From positions 204,788,001 through 204,852,000 of the forward strand of contig NC_058368.1 in NCBI RefSeq assembly GCF_018350175.1: a stretch of DNA of 64,000 nucleotides. Reading direction: 5' to 3'. How positions within the stretch are numbered: the stretch's first letter is position 1; each line of letters opens with the position of its first letter. The stretch is from Felis catus. Its lineage: Eukaryota. The notes under the pieces are model-generated. The model was given only the letters and a program-made list of their open reading frames with translations. It was not told the DNA's origin and ran no database searches. Below are positions 49,292-60,598 of the stretch, one piece after another. A program made the position numbers and the translations under genes.

Positions 49292-49924
49292 CCCCCTGGA
49301 GATTAAATCCACCACAAGACATAATAAAAAAAATATATGCAAAGAAAAATCAGAACAAAGGAAAAACAAGATCCAAAGGAATAAGATAATTCCTGGGAAA
49401 TTTTCATACAGAAGCAGTGCCATTGGGCTCTGAATGTTAAATGAATAGAAGTTGGGTTTTCAGCTCTTATCTTCCTGGTAACCAAAGCAGACCACAAAGC
49501 ACAGTTACAAGGTTGACAGTGGCCATGAGATAAACACACAGTACATTCTGAGGAGAAGCAGAATTTTTACTACGGCGTTTGGCATTTCTCCCACAGGTCG
49601 TTATACCATTTCTCTCATGGGTCATTACAAAAGGGAACCGTGTGCCCTACATCATTGCTAAGGTTATGGGAAAAATTTCAGAGGGCTGCTTCTCATAAAA
49701 TGAAAATCAGTGGAAGCAATTCTGCGAGGTAGGTAATAACAGAGTAGTCAATACCAAGTGGCTAATGAATATATGCTGGCTTCTATCTATATTTTTAGGA
49801 TTATTGCAGGAAGCATCATTAAATCAGAATTGAAATGGGATCACATCATTTATTAGTATTAATCTTCGGCCTTGGATTGTAAGTTTCTAGATGTTATGGA
49901 ATGTGCCATGAATATATTCTATGT

Positions 49925-50165
49925 TGGTGGGTCCACAAGTAAAAAACTATTATTGTAATACTACATCATTTATGTCTTTCACAAGTGTAGTTTTCCAGAA
50001 GCTAGAGGACATGATGAAGTCATCACTCTAATGGCTATGTTCTAACATTTCTCAGTTTTAATTTCAAATACAGTAAATATCAATGTAACTCCTATAAATA
50101 AAAGCTCTTTGGTGTCTTCAGTAATTTGGAAGAATATATAAAGGGGCCCTCTGACACAAAAATGG
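49925..50165. mobile_element. hAT-Charlie (Charlie1-family) internally deleted element
   Basis: aaaactattattgtaatacta; gttttccagaagcta; ttctcagttttaatttcaaatacagtaaatatc; ataaaagctctttggtgtcttcagtaatt. Confidence 0.7.
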
Positions 50166-50705
50166 GACCTCCTATTCCACTACATTGGTTACTTACTAAG
50201 TATGTATAGAAAAATGTTAAAAATTTACAGTATGTGTGCTTTATTGTTACTAAAGTGAGCATTCTAAAGGGATTCTACAGTTGGCATTGCTACCTCTGTG
50301 GCTAGGAGGAAAATGTCAGCTTTATCTAAACTCAGCCCTGGTCATGACATTATTTTTGTTTCTTTTCCTCTTTTTCTATTTTAAAGTTTTTGTTTAATTC
50401 CAGTAATTCATACATCACCCAGTGCTCATCCATCACGACAAGTGCCCTCGTTAATCCCCATCACCTATCTCACCCATCCCCTATCCACCTCTCCTCTGAT
50501 AACCATCAATATGTTCTCTATAGTTAAAAGTCTGTTTCTTGGTTTGTCTTTTTCCCTTTGTTTGCTTGTTTTGTTTATTAAATTCCACATATGAGTGAAA
50601 TTATGGAATCTGTCTCTGGCTTACTTTGCTTAGCATTATACTCTCTAGCTCCTAGCTCCCTAGCTCCATCCATGTCACTGCAAATGGCAAGATTTCATTC
50701 TTTTT

Positions 50706-50934
50706 CTTAAGTCTGTTTATTTATTTTGGCAGAAAGAAACAGAAAGAGAGAGAGGGAGGGACGGAGAGAGAGAGACAGTGCACAAGCAGGGGAGGGGCAG
50801 AGAGAGAATTTCAAGCAGGCTCTGCACTGTCAACATGAAGCCCAATGCAGGGCTCCAGCTCATGAGCCCTGAGATCACGCCCAAGCCAAAATCAAGAGTC
50901 AGATGCTTAACTGACTGAACCACCCAGGTGTCCC
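50706..50934 (-). mobile_element. Older Can-SINE inside L1
   Basis: TSD aagatttcattcttttt (50689-50705/50935-50951). Confidence 0.95.
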
Positions 50935-51041
50935 AAGATTTCATTCTTTTTTATGGTTGAGTAATATTCAATTGTAATATATATACATATACACCACACT
51001 GTCCTTATCCATTCATCAATCAGTGGATCCTTGAGCTGTTT

Positions 51042-51272
51042 CTATATCTTGGCTGATGTAAATAATGTTGCTATACATATAGGGGTACATGTATCCCTTT
51101 GAATTAGCATTTTTGTGTTCTTTGGGTAAATACCCAGTAGTGCGATTGCTGGATCATAGGGTAGTTCTCTTTTTAACCGAGGGACCTCCATCCTGTTTTC
51201 CACAGTGGCTGCACCAGTTTGCATTCCTACCAACAGTATAGGAGGGTTCCCCCTTTTCCACATCCTCACCAA
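51042..51272 (-). pseudogene. L1 ORF2p C-terminal fragment, non-functional
   Basis: ELPYDPAIALLGIYPK...DTCTPICIATLFTSAK matches the conserved L1 ORF2p C-terminus; frameshifted and truncated. Confidence 0.9.
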
Positions 51273-51384
51273 TACATGTTGTTTCTTGTGTTGTTGATTT
51301 TAACCATCCTGACAGGTAGGAGGTGATATCTCAGTGTAATTTTGATTCACATTTCCCTGATGATAAGTCATGATGAACATTTTT

Positions 51385-51587
51385 CAACGTTTATTTATTT
51401 TTGGGACAGAGAGAGACAGAGCATGAACGGGGGAGAGGCAGAGAGAGAGGGAGACACAGAATCGGAAACAGGCTCCAGGCTCTGAGCCATCAGCCCAGAG
51501 CCTGATGCGGGGCTCGAACTCACGGACCGCAAGATCGTGACCTGGCTGAAGTCGGACGCTTAACCGACTGCGCCACCCAGGCGCCCC
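51385..51587 (-). mobile_element. Young felid SINE (SINEC_Fc-like) inside L1, essentially without an A-tail
   Basis: Near-consensus body; TSD catgatgaacattttt (51369-51384/51588-51603). Confidence 0.97.
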
Positions 51588-54316
51588 CATGATGAACATT
51601 TTTTTATGTGTCTGCTGGCCATCTGTATGTCTTCTTTGGAGAAATGTCTGTTCATGTGACCATGACATTATTCTAATGACATATAAAATGCAGTCTTAAG
51701 ATTTTCAGGAAAATGAAAATAAGCATGTAAGAACTATAAAAAATGATGAAAGGTTTAGGGTTATTTAATCCCAAACTGATTCCTCTCAGCTAAGGACTGC
51801 ATTCATCTATGTGGGAGAGAGGAAACCCAGAGAAGGGAGCTATTTGGATCCACAAATCCACATCACTTTCAAGGACCGTCTAGCAATTCAGTAAATAAAG
51901 ATACAACCACGACAAAGAAGAGCTATAGAAGTTGGCAGTAAATAGGGATCACATTTGAAAGTTTGGGAACTTCTGATTTAGAAGACAGGAAGGCTAATGT
52001 GATAGCATACACAAAGATATAAGATATTTTCATGAGCAAAATGCTGACAAAATTCTGGCAATGCAAATACGTTCCCCATTCACAAAGAACCATTTAGGTT
52101 AAATACAGAGTAAAACTCTGATGGCAAGGGTTTCCAATAGAAATAGTGCATCGGGGATTGTAAGGGATTTTTTTTAATGGTCTAAGGATGATTCAGGTAC
52201 AATCTCGGATGGTGACTGGGAGGAGGGAAGCTGAACTAGACTATTCTAAGTATGTTTATTGCCCTGTGCCCTTTTCAACCTTCAACTTCAAAATACTCTG
52301 CCTAAGAAACCAGCAGCTGAATTCCCAATTAGGAAGATCCGTCACTATTTCAAAGCCTCAAGAATGGTTAATAGCCTATTCAATTCAAAAGAGGAAACAG
52401 GATTTGGATCAAGTATCTGAAATCACTGGCTATTTCCAGCGAAGGGGATTCCCCCACAAGTGGAAAATGTGTATGATGTGCTCTTGGAGCCTCACTTCAA
52501 ATTCCAGGCCCAGGCACTACATTCCAGAGCACTGCCTTCAGACATACCTTCAGCAGGGCCACTCGTTTCGTGGCCCACTAAATACAAATGGGCCACCTTA
52601 GGAGGTGGCTCTACCAGTGTAAAGTCTGGGATCCAGTTAGGGAAGCAAGAGTGAAGTCACGATGCCTCACACTTCTTCAGCTGCCCAGTGCTATATGTAC
52701 ATATATGTATATAGATCTAGAATGTTCACCAACTCAGCTGAATGTTTTTGCAAAAATAGTTTGTTTATGCAAAAATTGTTACTTTGACATCCATATTCAT
52801 AGATAAGAGCTTCTAAGAGACAGCTTCCGTTGGCTTAATCTCCCATATCCCAAGGAAAACATTGAAAGCACAATAAAACAAAAATTAAACTACATTGACT
52901 CATTAAATAAGCATTTGTTAATTGTCTACTTTACACAAAACATTTTGCTAGATGCTGTGTAGACCTACGAGATATGGTACCTGACACAAGGCATTTGTAT
53001 CCAAGGAAACGATAACAGGGAATTACACAGCTGACAATTTAAATCCAATATTGATTTCTATAAATGCTTTTTACAGTGTCTACTGTTTTGTAATAATGAA
53101 CAATGCTTGCACAATTAACTAGCATTTTAATAAGAATGATGCTCTGAACTACATGCTTCTAAATGACAAATTTATAAGAGAACTTTGAGGGTAGAGGCCA
53201 GGTTTTCCACTGCAAACTGCTTGGCCTTCATGGAAAATTTTAAATCATTTCCCTCTTATCATTGCCTTCTAGAGGGCAACTACTACCCTTATGAACCAGA
53301 CTAAGGTATCTATCTCCCTTTATAAGTTGGCATTACTTTGAATCTGATTAACAGAAACTTTCTGAAGTTTTAGCAATCTATAGGTAAGGCTGTCAAAGAG
53401 CATCTTCAATTCAGCTGGAGACTTGGTTTAACAACCTGAATTAAAATGGTAGCCTCTCCTCCCCCAAAAGCCTTCTCTTTTATTTTCACTGACCTCAATG
53501 AATTTTGGCAAAGGTGTGGAGACAAATGTTTTCTAAGACATGACTGAACTCTACATCTTAAAAAAAGAAAATAATGGGAAGTTGGAAAAGGCATTTACCC
53601 AGAGAGTACAACCTGAGCAGCTAAGGAAAGAATCCCTTGGCTCCCCAAACTGTCCATACCAACTGGTGCAGGAAAACAGAAACTTCAACATCAGAGATTT
53701 ATTCATTTGGATGACTCATGGTCCCCTATCAAAATGCTCACACCCCTTAGTTATCACATTCAGAATACTCGGCAAGTTATACCTCAGCATAAATCATTTT
53801 ATCTGGTTCTTTCCACGGGCCATCAGTTTGGGGCACAGGTAAATAGGTTTGGAGGTAAGGCTAAGGTCTGGACCTCTTTCAGGAGGGCAGGCCTGGTTAG
53901 GGATGGCAAAGGAATGCCTTGGCAGCAAAGGGCAGTGGGAGGGTGCTGAGTCGAGCAGGCACGGGGAGGATAGGAGACAGGAGAGAGGGAGTCTCAGAGA
54001 GAGAGGTGTGAAGGCCTTTAGATGATGAAAACCGCTGTGCCAATGGCACAATTCTCCCTGGCTGGCAAGGTTCGGTGCAACAGTCCTTGAGGTGATTTGC
54101 CCACCCCTGGGGAAGATGGTGGACACCGAGGGATAGCAGGAAATACCAGGTCTCATTCCTCATCTTCCCTCCCTTCAGCTGCAGCTGTGAAAACGTCTAA
54201 CTCGCAGTAAAAGTGAAGCAGTTCAAAAAGCAAAGATCCTACCCTCTGGTTCTGAACGAGAAAACTAGCCTGAGAAATGACAGAACGAGGGCCCGGAGAG
54301 CCGTTCGCCTCCCATG

Positions 54317-54330
54317 GGGTCAAAAGTTCA
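54317..54330 (+). promoter_or_regulatory. DR2 nuclear-receptor element (RARE type) GGGTCA-aa-AGTTCA
   Basis: Both half-sites match RGKTCA exactly; lies in a CpG-enriched segment without an evident repeat. Motif only. Confidence 0.45.
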
Positions 54331-54743
54331 CTTCACGAACCAGGCTGCTGCCACTGCTTTGACCTAATGTGGAAAGCGTCTGCCCGGTTTCTGGGCCTTC
54401 TAAGTGCTGTCAACAGCCCGCACAGCTCCTACAGACAGCCCCTGACAGTGTTACAGCTGTTTCCTCGCCTGCCAAAACCGCTTCAACTTGCAGGGCTCCC
54501 TGCATTCTTTTAAATCAGGGCTGGAAGCTATAGCTAACGGTAGATGATTCAGCTCAAGTGTTTTTCATTTTGATGGCAGAACTGTATATTTGCCTAACGT
54601 GGAATGCTTCGACACAGAGTCCCCTTTGAGCCACTGTGAGGTGGGTGGCCAACAGGGAGTTCTCTTCTGCTCAGCTTTTACTGTGCTGAACTGAAAAACA
54701 AGTTGCTAGGCTTACATCAGGGAAATCAACCATGGTCCCGGCA

Positions 54744-54770
54744 ACGCATGCACGCGCGCGTGCACGCGCG

Positions 54771-54810
<40 letters not shown>
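54744..54810. repeat. Compound (CG)n/(CA)n alternating purine-pyrimidine tract (Z-DNA prone)
   Basis: 67 bp of uninterrupted RY alternation with 12 CpGs. Confidence 0.95.
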
Positions 54811-54811
<1 letters not shown>

Positions 54812-55583
54812 CAGTATTAAGAAATCCAACATGGAAGGCCAGGAGTCTTTCACTGCTGTACAACTCGTGAGCAGCTCTGTGAGTTCTAGGTACACTCGTA
54901 CTATGTTTCTGATGCTGCAAATCTGTAAGTGACCTGTTGGAATGTCAGTAACATGCGCTTATTGTCATGAGTAACAGCTTCTTAATATCAAAATTGCCTG
55001 TGTTAGATGCTGGTTTATAGTCACATTTCCCACAGTAGAATTCAAGCAGCAAAAATCCAGGGATAATTCTATAACAGAAACTTTTTAACATTCTGTAGTC
55101 GGTTTGCAATCCAAGCATGTGGCAAAACCTGATGAACTGTGGTTGCTTTTAGGGAGACAGTAGCTCTTGAATACTGAATGGATTCGTGTTTCCATTTCCT
55201 TGACCACATCGCTAGGATGCTGCCAACACAGCAGTCCTCCTATACTAAACACTAGCCTTATTAACTTTCCCCACAAAAATGCTTCTTCCTTTCTGATTTT
55301 CATTTTATGTCTCTTTAAATAGTTACAGATAGACTCTTCTGGAATCTGTCTTTTTATTATTTTGAAACATTATATGTCGAAGTAGAAGCTGGCTAGAGCT
55401 TATTTCTTTGGTTGGTTGTGTGTTCGGGACAGAAAAGCATATCGATATGTGGACTGGTCCAGCTGTTGTGGAGGGTGGAGAGTGATTCCTAACTCATTTT
55501 CACTTCTCATTTTGTCTCCCTCATTATCCTAGTTTCACTGAAAAGGATGTCAGGCATGCAGGATGCTCACAATAAATATTTAT

Positions 55584-55585
55584 GA

Positions 55586-55655
<70 letters not shown>
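55584..55655. repeat. (GAAA)18 tetranucleotide microsatellite
   Basis: Read directly. Confidence 0.97.
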
Positions 55656-55657
<2 letters not shown>

Positions 55658-56074
55658 AGAAAGAATAATTGGTCAGTGTTGCCTTTCCCTTCCCCATCTT
55701 CCCAATGACCTCCTGTTGACTCTGAAGGTCCCAGAGCCATTCACACATATTTTCCCCTCTAGCTGTTCCTCTCTGGCTCTGATTTTCTCACAACCATTCC
55801 TCTCTACCTAAACTTAATGGTCTTGAGTTTTACTGGGTCTTGCCAAGTAATGGCACCAAATCTGATGATTTGCCATATTTAGTTTGTAATTTTGAAACTT
55901 GTAACTTATTCCAAGAATAGTAACTCAAAGCAATTGTCTCCACCTTAAATTAAACCTCATGCATGGGTAGCTTCTCAGTTCTCTCACAGGTAGCACAAGT
56001 GACCTTTAAATATTCAGGATGCACTGAAAGAATGAAAAAAAAACCTATACAAGCACATGTAGGTGCAAGTGAGA

Positions 56075-56097
56075 GCGCACGCGCGCACGCACACACA

Positions 56098-56135
<38 letters not shown>
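56075..56135. repeat. (CG/CA)n compound microsatellite
   Basis: Read directly. Confidence 0.95.
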
Positions 56136-56137
<2 letters not shown>

Positions 56138-56539
56138 GAAGAAAGAGATACTACAGACTACTCTTTTAGGATGATGCAATAATCAATAGTTCCAAACTTT
56201 TACACTTAAATGCTAAAATTATACGCTGAGATACATTTTGCCTCATCTCACAAAACTAAATATGAAAAAGAATAGACAACTCTGAGAAGAAAGGGAAGGC
56301 AAAGGGAAACTGTTAAAGAGTTTTCCTCTTAGTCAAGGGTAATAACAGGAAGACTGAAGAGTACAGAATAAATATGGTTAACAAAACTGAAGTCTAAAGT
56401 CAATGGACAATAAGATCTCAAGCTAATAATGAATTCAAACATTTGAGATCAGTTGAGACCTACCCAAGATCCGGGAAATATTAAATGGATCAGTAAACTA
56501 CTCGTTATTGCTGAGGATTTTTGGAGGACAAAAACAGGA

Positions 56540-57170
56540 GATATCACAATGTATGAATAGGTTTAAAAGGTTGATTCTTAAAGCTATACCTTTAATCTCA
56601 ATCTCCCCCAACCTTCTAGAATGAATTTTTAGATGGTTTCTGAGTACCGAGAAAAGAAACAATAGGTCACTTGATGTCAAGATGGATTCACCAAGAACAA
56701 ATCATTATAGGAAATGTACGTCATTTCCTTTCATGGAAAGAATTATCTGACTGTTGTTAGGCGAGTGTTGCTCATCTAATGTTTCTCAATTTCAGTGAGA
56801 CAGTGGTGTAGTCTCTCATATGTTGTGAGTGAAATATATTACTGTGACCTGAATAACTATAAAGATAAGTGAATTCACTGGTAGTTAAAGAAAAGACCCA
56901 AGAAAGTTCATTAGAGAATCCTGAACAGCCTGGGGCACAATCCTCAAGGGCAGGTTACAATGTTTTGAATTTGGTTTTGTATAAAATCTTTGGTAGAGGA
57001 CCAAAAGAAAAAAAGGAACGCTTATGGATTTATCAAATCCAAGGATGAAAGAAAACTGGTAATGTTGTCATGGAGGAAAAAGATCTCATTAGATTCCGCT
57101 AATGGACTAAAGTGAACTAAAATTCTCCAAAATTAATTTGGAGATGTAAAGTCCTGAGTCTGAATTTGAA
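56540..57170 (+). mobile_element. L3/CR1 RT-region remnant
   Basis: ggattcaccaagaacaaatcat...tcatttcctt; tttctcaatttcagtgagaca...gtctctcat; atgtaaagtcctg resemble the CR1 RT consensus. Confidence 0.6.
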
Positions 57171-59204
57171 ATTCTCCTGCAAAAGTAGAGGGCACTCTTT
57201 ACCATCATGTACTACAGCCTGCCCTCCAGCTGGCAGTCTGTGTTATCAGAGAAGCTTCCCTGACACCCCCAGACACTGTATCAATATGATCAGACACTGG
57301 GCATCATTTTGATTTTGAAGTTGAGATTCAAGGAAGACCGGAAATTATTATAATGTTAAACAATGCACACTTGAACTCTGACAATCTTAGTCTCCCTGAC
57401 TCACACCTCTCTGGCAACGACAGAAATCCTGGCAAGGATAAAAGACAAGTTCAGTCCCTTCTCAGAAGATTGGCCCTGAGCCAATGGATTGCTCTTCCTG
57501 GGAGATTACAACTCACAGTCAGGGGCAGATGGGTAACCACAAAGTGTGATGGATATGGATGTGGGCTAGGGTGGGAAAAAGAGGCAATGGGAGACAACTC
57601 CAGGGGAGGGCATGCTGCCCCATTTGTCTAAGCTCATGATCTTGTTCTTTAGTTAGTTGTGGTTTCTGTGTGCCACGGGAGAAGTCTGTGAGAGCAAGTC
57701 AAGTCTCTGTTTCTTTAAAAGAAACAGCAGCAAAAGCTATCCCCTAAAGTTCATATTCCCATCTGAAAGAGAAGGGAGCCAAACTTTTGCCACTAAACAG
57801 GAAGACCAGGCAGTTGTGTTTGCACAAGGTTCCCAGGGAGGAAGGAGGAGGGATCTGGACTAGTGATAAGATCACAGCTCCCAGCCTGAGTGGCTTTCCC
57901 TGACCCTTTCTTTGGTCTTGGGAGTTCTGGACCAGAATTCAGATCCCTTCTGGCTTTGACAAGGGAAAGATAAAACCAAAAACAGAAAGGGGAAAAGAAA
58001 AAGAAAAGTTTCCCAAGTTAACGATCTCCTTTCCCCCTCATTCCTTCTGTCTTTAGTCCATCCATCCACTGCCATGATTTGGAGGAGAAAAAACTATTTC
58101 AGTAAGATCCCTAAATATTCCCACCTCTGCAGCATCCCAGCCTTACAGACCATCCTCAGGAAAGCATAACACCTTCATGGGGTTTGTTTCTGGCTTTTGT
58201 TTTGTATTCATTTGTTCTCAAATTACACATGTTTTCCAACGTATTCCAAATAAAAGAAATCTTGTTTAAAAATTTGGCTTACTAGACTTAAAAATAAGCC
58301 CAGGCAGAGTTCATTTCATCCACAAGATCCATTTTTTTAATGTGCACTCACCTTGAGGTTCGGTGTTAGAAATGGTGAGACTGACCTCAAGTATCAGACA
58401 ACAGCTCAATATTTTGCCCCTCTACCCTTTTCCCTTTCCATGTTATTTATAAACCATTTCTCCAACAAACTGATCTGCTGTACCCAGTGCCACGTGTTTG
58501 GGCTTTTTTTAGTCATACATTTTGCACCTTCATTCAGCTTTGGCCGTAGTCCCAGGCCTCTGGCTCAGATGTGCTTCATGGCCTGGCAAGAAGGGCCCTT
58601 TGAGGTCAGTGAGGCCTTGGTAGGGAGGGGTGAAGATCAGCGAGTCTGGAAAGACACACTAAAGACACTGAAGGCCAGAGGGACAAGCCGCTCTTAGATT
58701 TTGACTTCCGTTATGTTTCCATGCAAACTGCAGCAACTCAGGCCAAAGGTTGGTGAAGACAAGGGAGCTTTGCATAGTAAATTCTCCTAAAAGCACACAT
58801 GACATTCTTTTCACCTTCATCCTGTAGATCCCTGAGTCCAACTGTCCTCCTCTGTCACTGAGGCAACTTCCGTGTACCCATATGAAGAGGCCCAGCCATC
58901 AAAAAGTTAAGCCCATTTCTTAAGAAGTAAGCTTTCTGATGTCACAAAGCCCATCACTACTGGACACAGCCCCTTCGGCCGACAGGTATACTTGCCTATC
59001 AGAAAGCCTGGCACCCTCCAAAGTTTGCACCTCTTCTTTTCTTCTAAACATTTTGCCAAAAATTCTTAAGTTGTGTGGAAGAGAGATAGGAGGCAGAGGT
59101 GGATTGGGAGGCAAGCCAAGTGGGAGCAGAGAAGGCAAAGGGGGAGGAAGAAAGGATCCCACCAGACTGAATGACTTCTGGGCTCTCTTTCTTTAGTTTT
59201 ATAA

Positions 59205-59410
59205 CAATAATAGCTTATATCTATTGAACGTTTATGTGCCAGGTAGGCTTGAAAGTTCTTTACATGTATCAACTTATTTACTCCTCGTCATAACCCTGTA
59301 TGCTAGGTGCTATTATCCCCTTTTACATGAGGTAACTGAGGCACAAAGAGGTGAAAGTGGTAGAAACAGGATTCAAATCCAGTCTGTTCTCTGCATCACT
59401 CTGCTTTATC
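59205..59410 (-). mobile_element. MIR
   Basis: tatgtgccagg...tattatccccttttacatgaggtaactgaggcacaaagagg...ggattcaaatccag. Confidence 0.85.
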
Positions 59411-60365
59411 GCCTCCATGTTACATGGACGCCTGTAATACTGGGCAGGTGAACATTCCAGGTTTAGACAACATTCTCTCTCTTTCAGCCTTACTAACTCT
59501 GCCCCTCCTTTTTTCCCCCCCAAGTTTGTTACAAAGATTACATTGGTACATTTATTTAGTATTTTATTCATCAGAAAAATGAAGAGATGGTTATTGCTCG
59601 GAATCCTGAAACTTCAAATGGTCAAAATGTGGGGGAAAGAGTTTTTTAAATTTTGATTGTAAACAGGTAAGCTGTGAGAACAGTAATAAACTGAAAAAGT
59701 GTGCAGCAAAAGGGGGCAGGAGGGTGTGTGGCTATAATTCTCATACACTGCAAGCTTGCCAGTGCTTAGCCGTAGGAAGGAAGCACAGGAAGTTGTAAGG
59801 AACATTCCAGGATTGGGGTTGGATAATGACAGACTGCCAGGAACTCAGCCTTCATCTATCAAGTCAGATGTACCCTGCACCCAAAAACTTGAGATCACAC
59901 ACACATAAAATGAAATTAAAAACAAGATGTCATTCTTTACATAGACATTTTTGTTTTACGAAAGGTGTAATCTAGGATTTCTTTGAACTGTGCTATGCCA
60001 GGGTAGTGCTTATCTGTAGGCTGTTTAGGAACCAGAAGAATCATGAGAGAAAACCAGGTTGAAGGAATTCTCTCATTGGAGTACCTGTCAGAAAGGAAGG
60101 CAAGCATCATTCATGCAAGCCAATGGAAAAACAAGATCCAACCAACAGAGACTTAGTTTTGATTAACATGGTTTTCATGTAACTATTCAGTGGCTTCAAC
60201 TGTTGTACAAATCAAGGTACAGCTCACAGGCCAGAGAAGCCAAAGGAATCTTTTGGATAAGACTAATTGAGCCATATATGTAATGTTGTCCTGGGTTTAC
60301 AAGAGCAACCGAGGCTCACATTTTATTTACCTCACCAAGGTAGCAAAGTTTAAAAATGGCGGGAG

Positions 60366-60598
60366 GGTGGTACCTGGGTGGCTCAATCAGTTAAGTGTCT
60401 GACTCTAGATTTTGGCTCAGGTCATGATCTCACGGTCATGAGATCAAGCCCCGAGTCAGGCTCTGCACTGAGTGAGGAGACTACTTGGGATTCTCCCTCT
60501 CCCTCTCTCTCTGCCCCTCCCCTGCTTGCTCATTTTCTCTCTCTCTCTGTCTGTCTCTCCCCCCCCCCCCGCCTCAAAAATAAATAAATAAACGTTTA
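60366..60598 (+). mobile_element. Older Can-SINE
   Basis: cctgggtggctcaatcagttaag head, (CT)n, aataaa tail; decayed TSD. Confidence 0.93.

Larger units (their letters stand above)
50355..51660 (-). mobile_element. 5'-truncated carnivore L1 (ORF2 C-terminus plus 3' UTR) containing two SINEs
   Basis: 12-bp TSD catgacattatt (50343-50354/51661-51672); encodes L1 ORF2p C-terminal motifs. Confidence 0.95.

Noticed and set aside
3040..51668. Recurrent 'GAPGWRSRLSVRLQPGHDLAVREFEPR...' ORFs (3040, 11022, 51384; related frames at 22628, 23041, 31939, 45282, 60378) that look like a paralogous small-protein family
   Set aside because: They are translations of SINE bodies bounded by TSDs, not genes.
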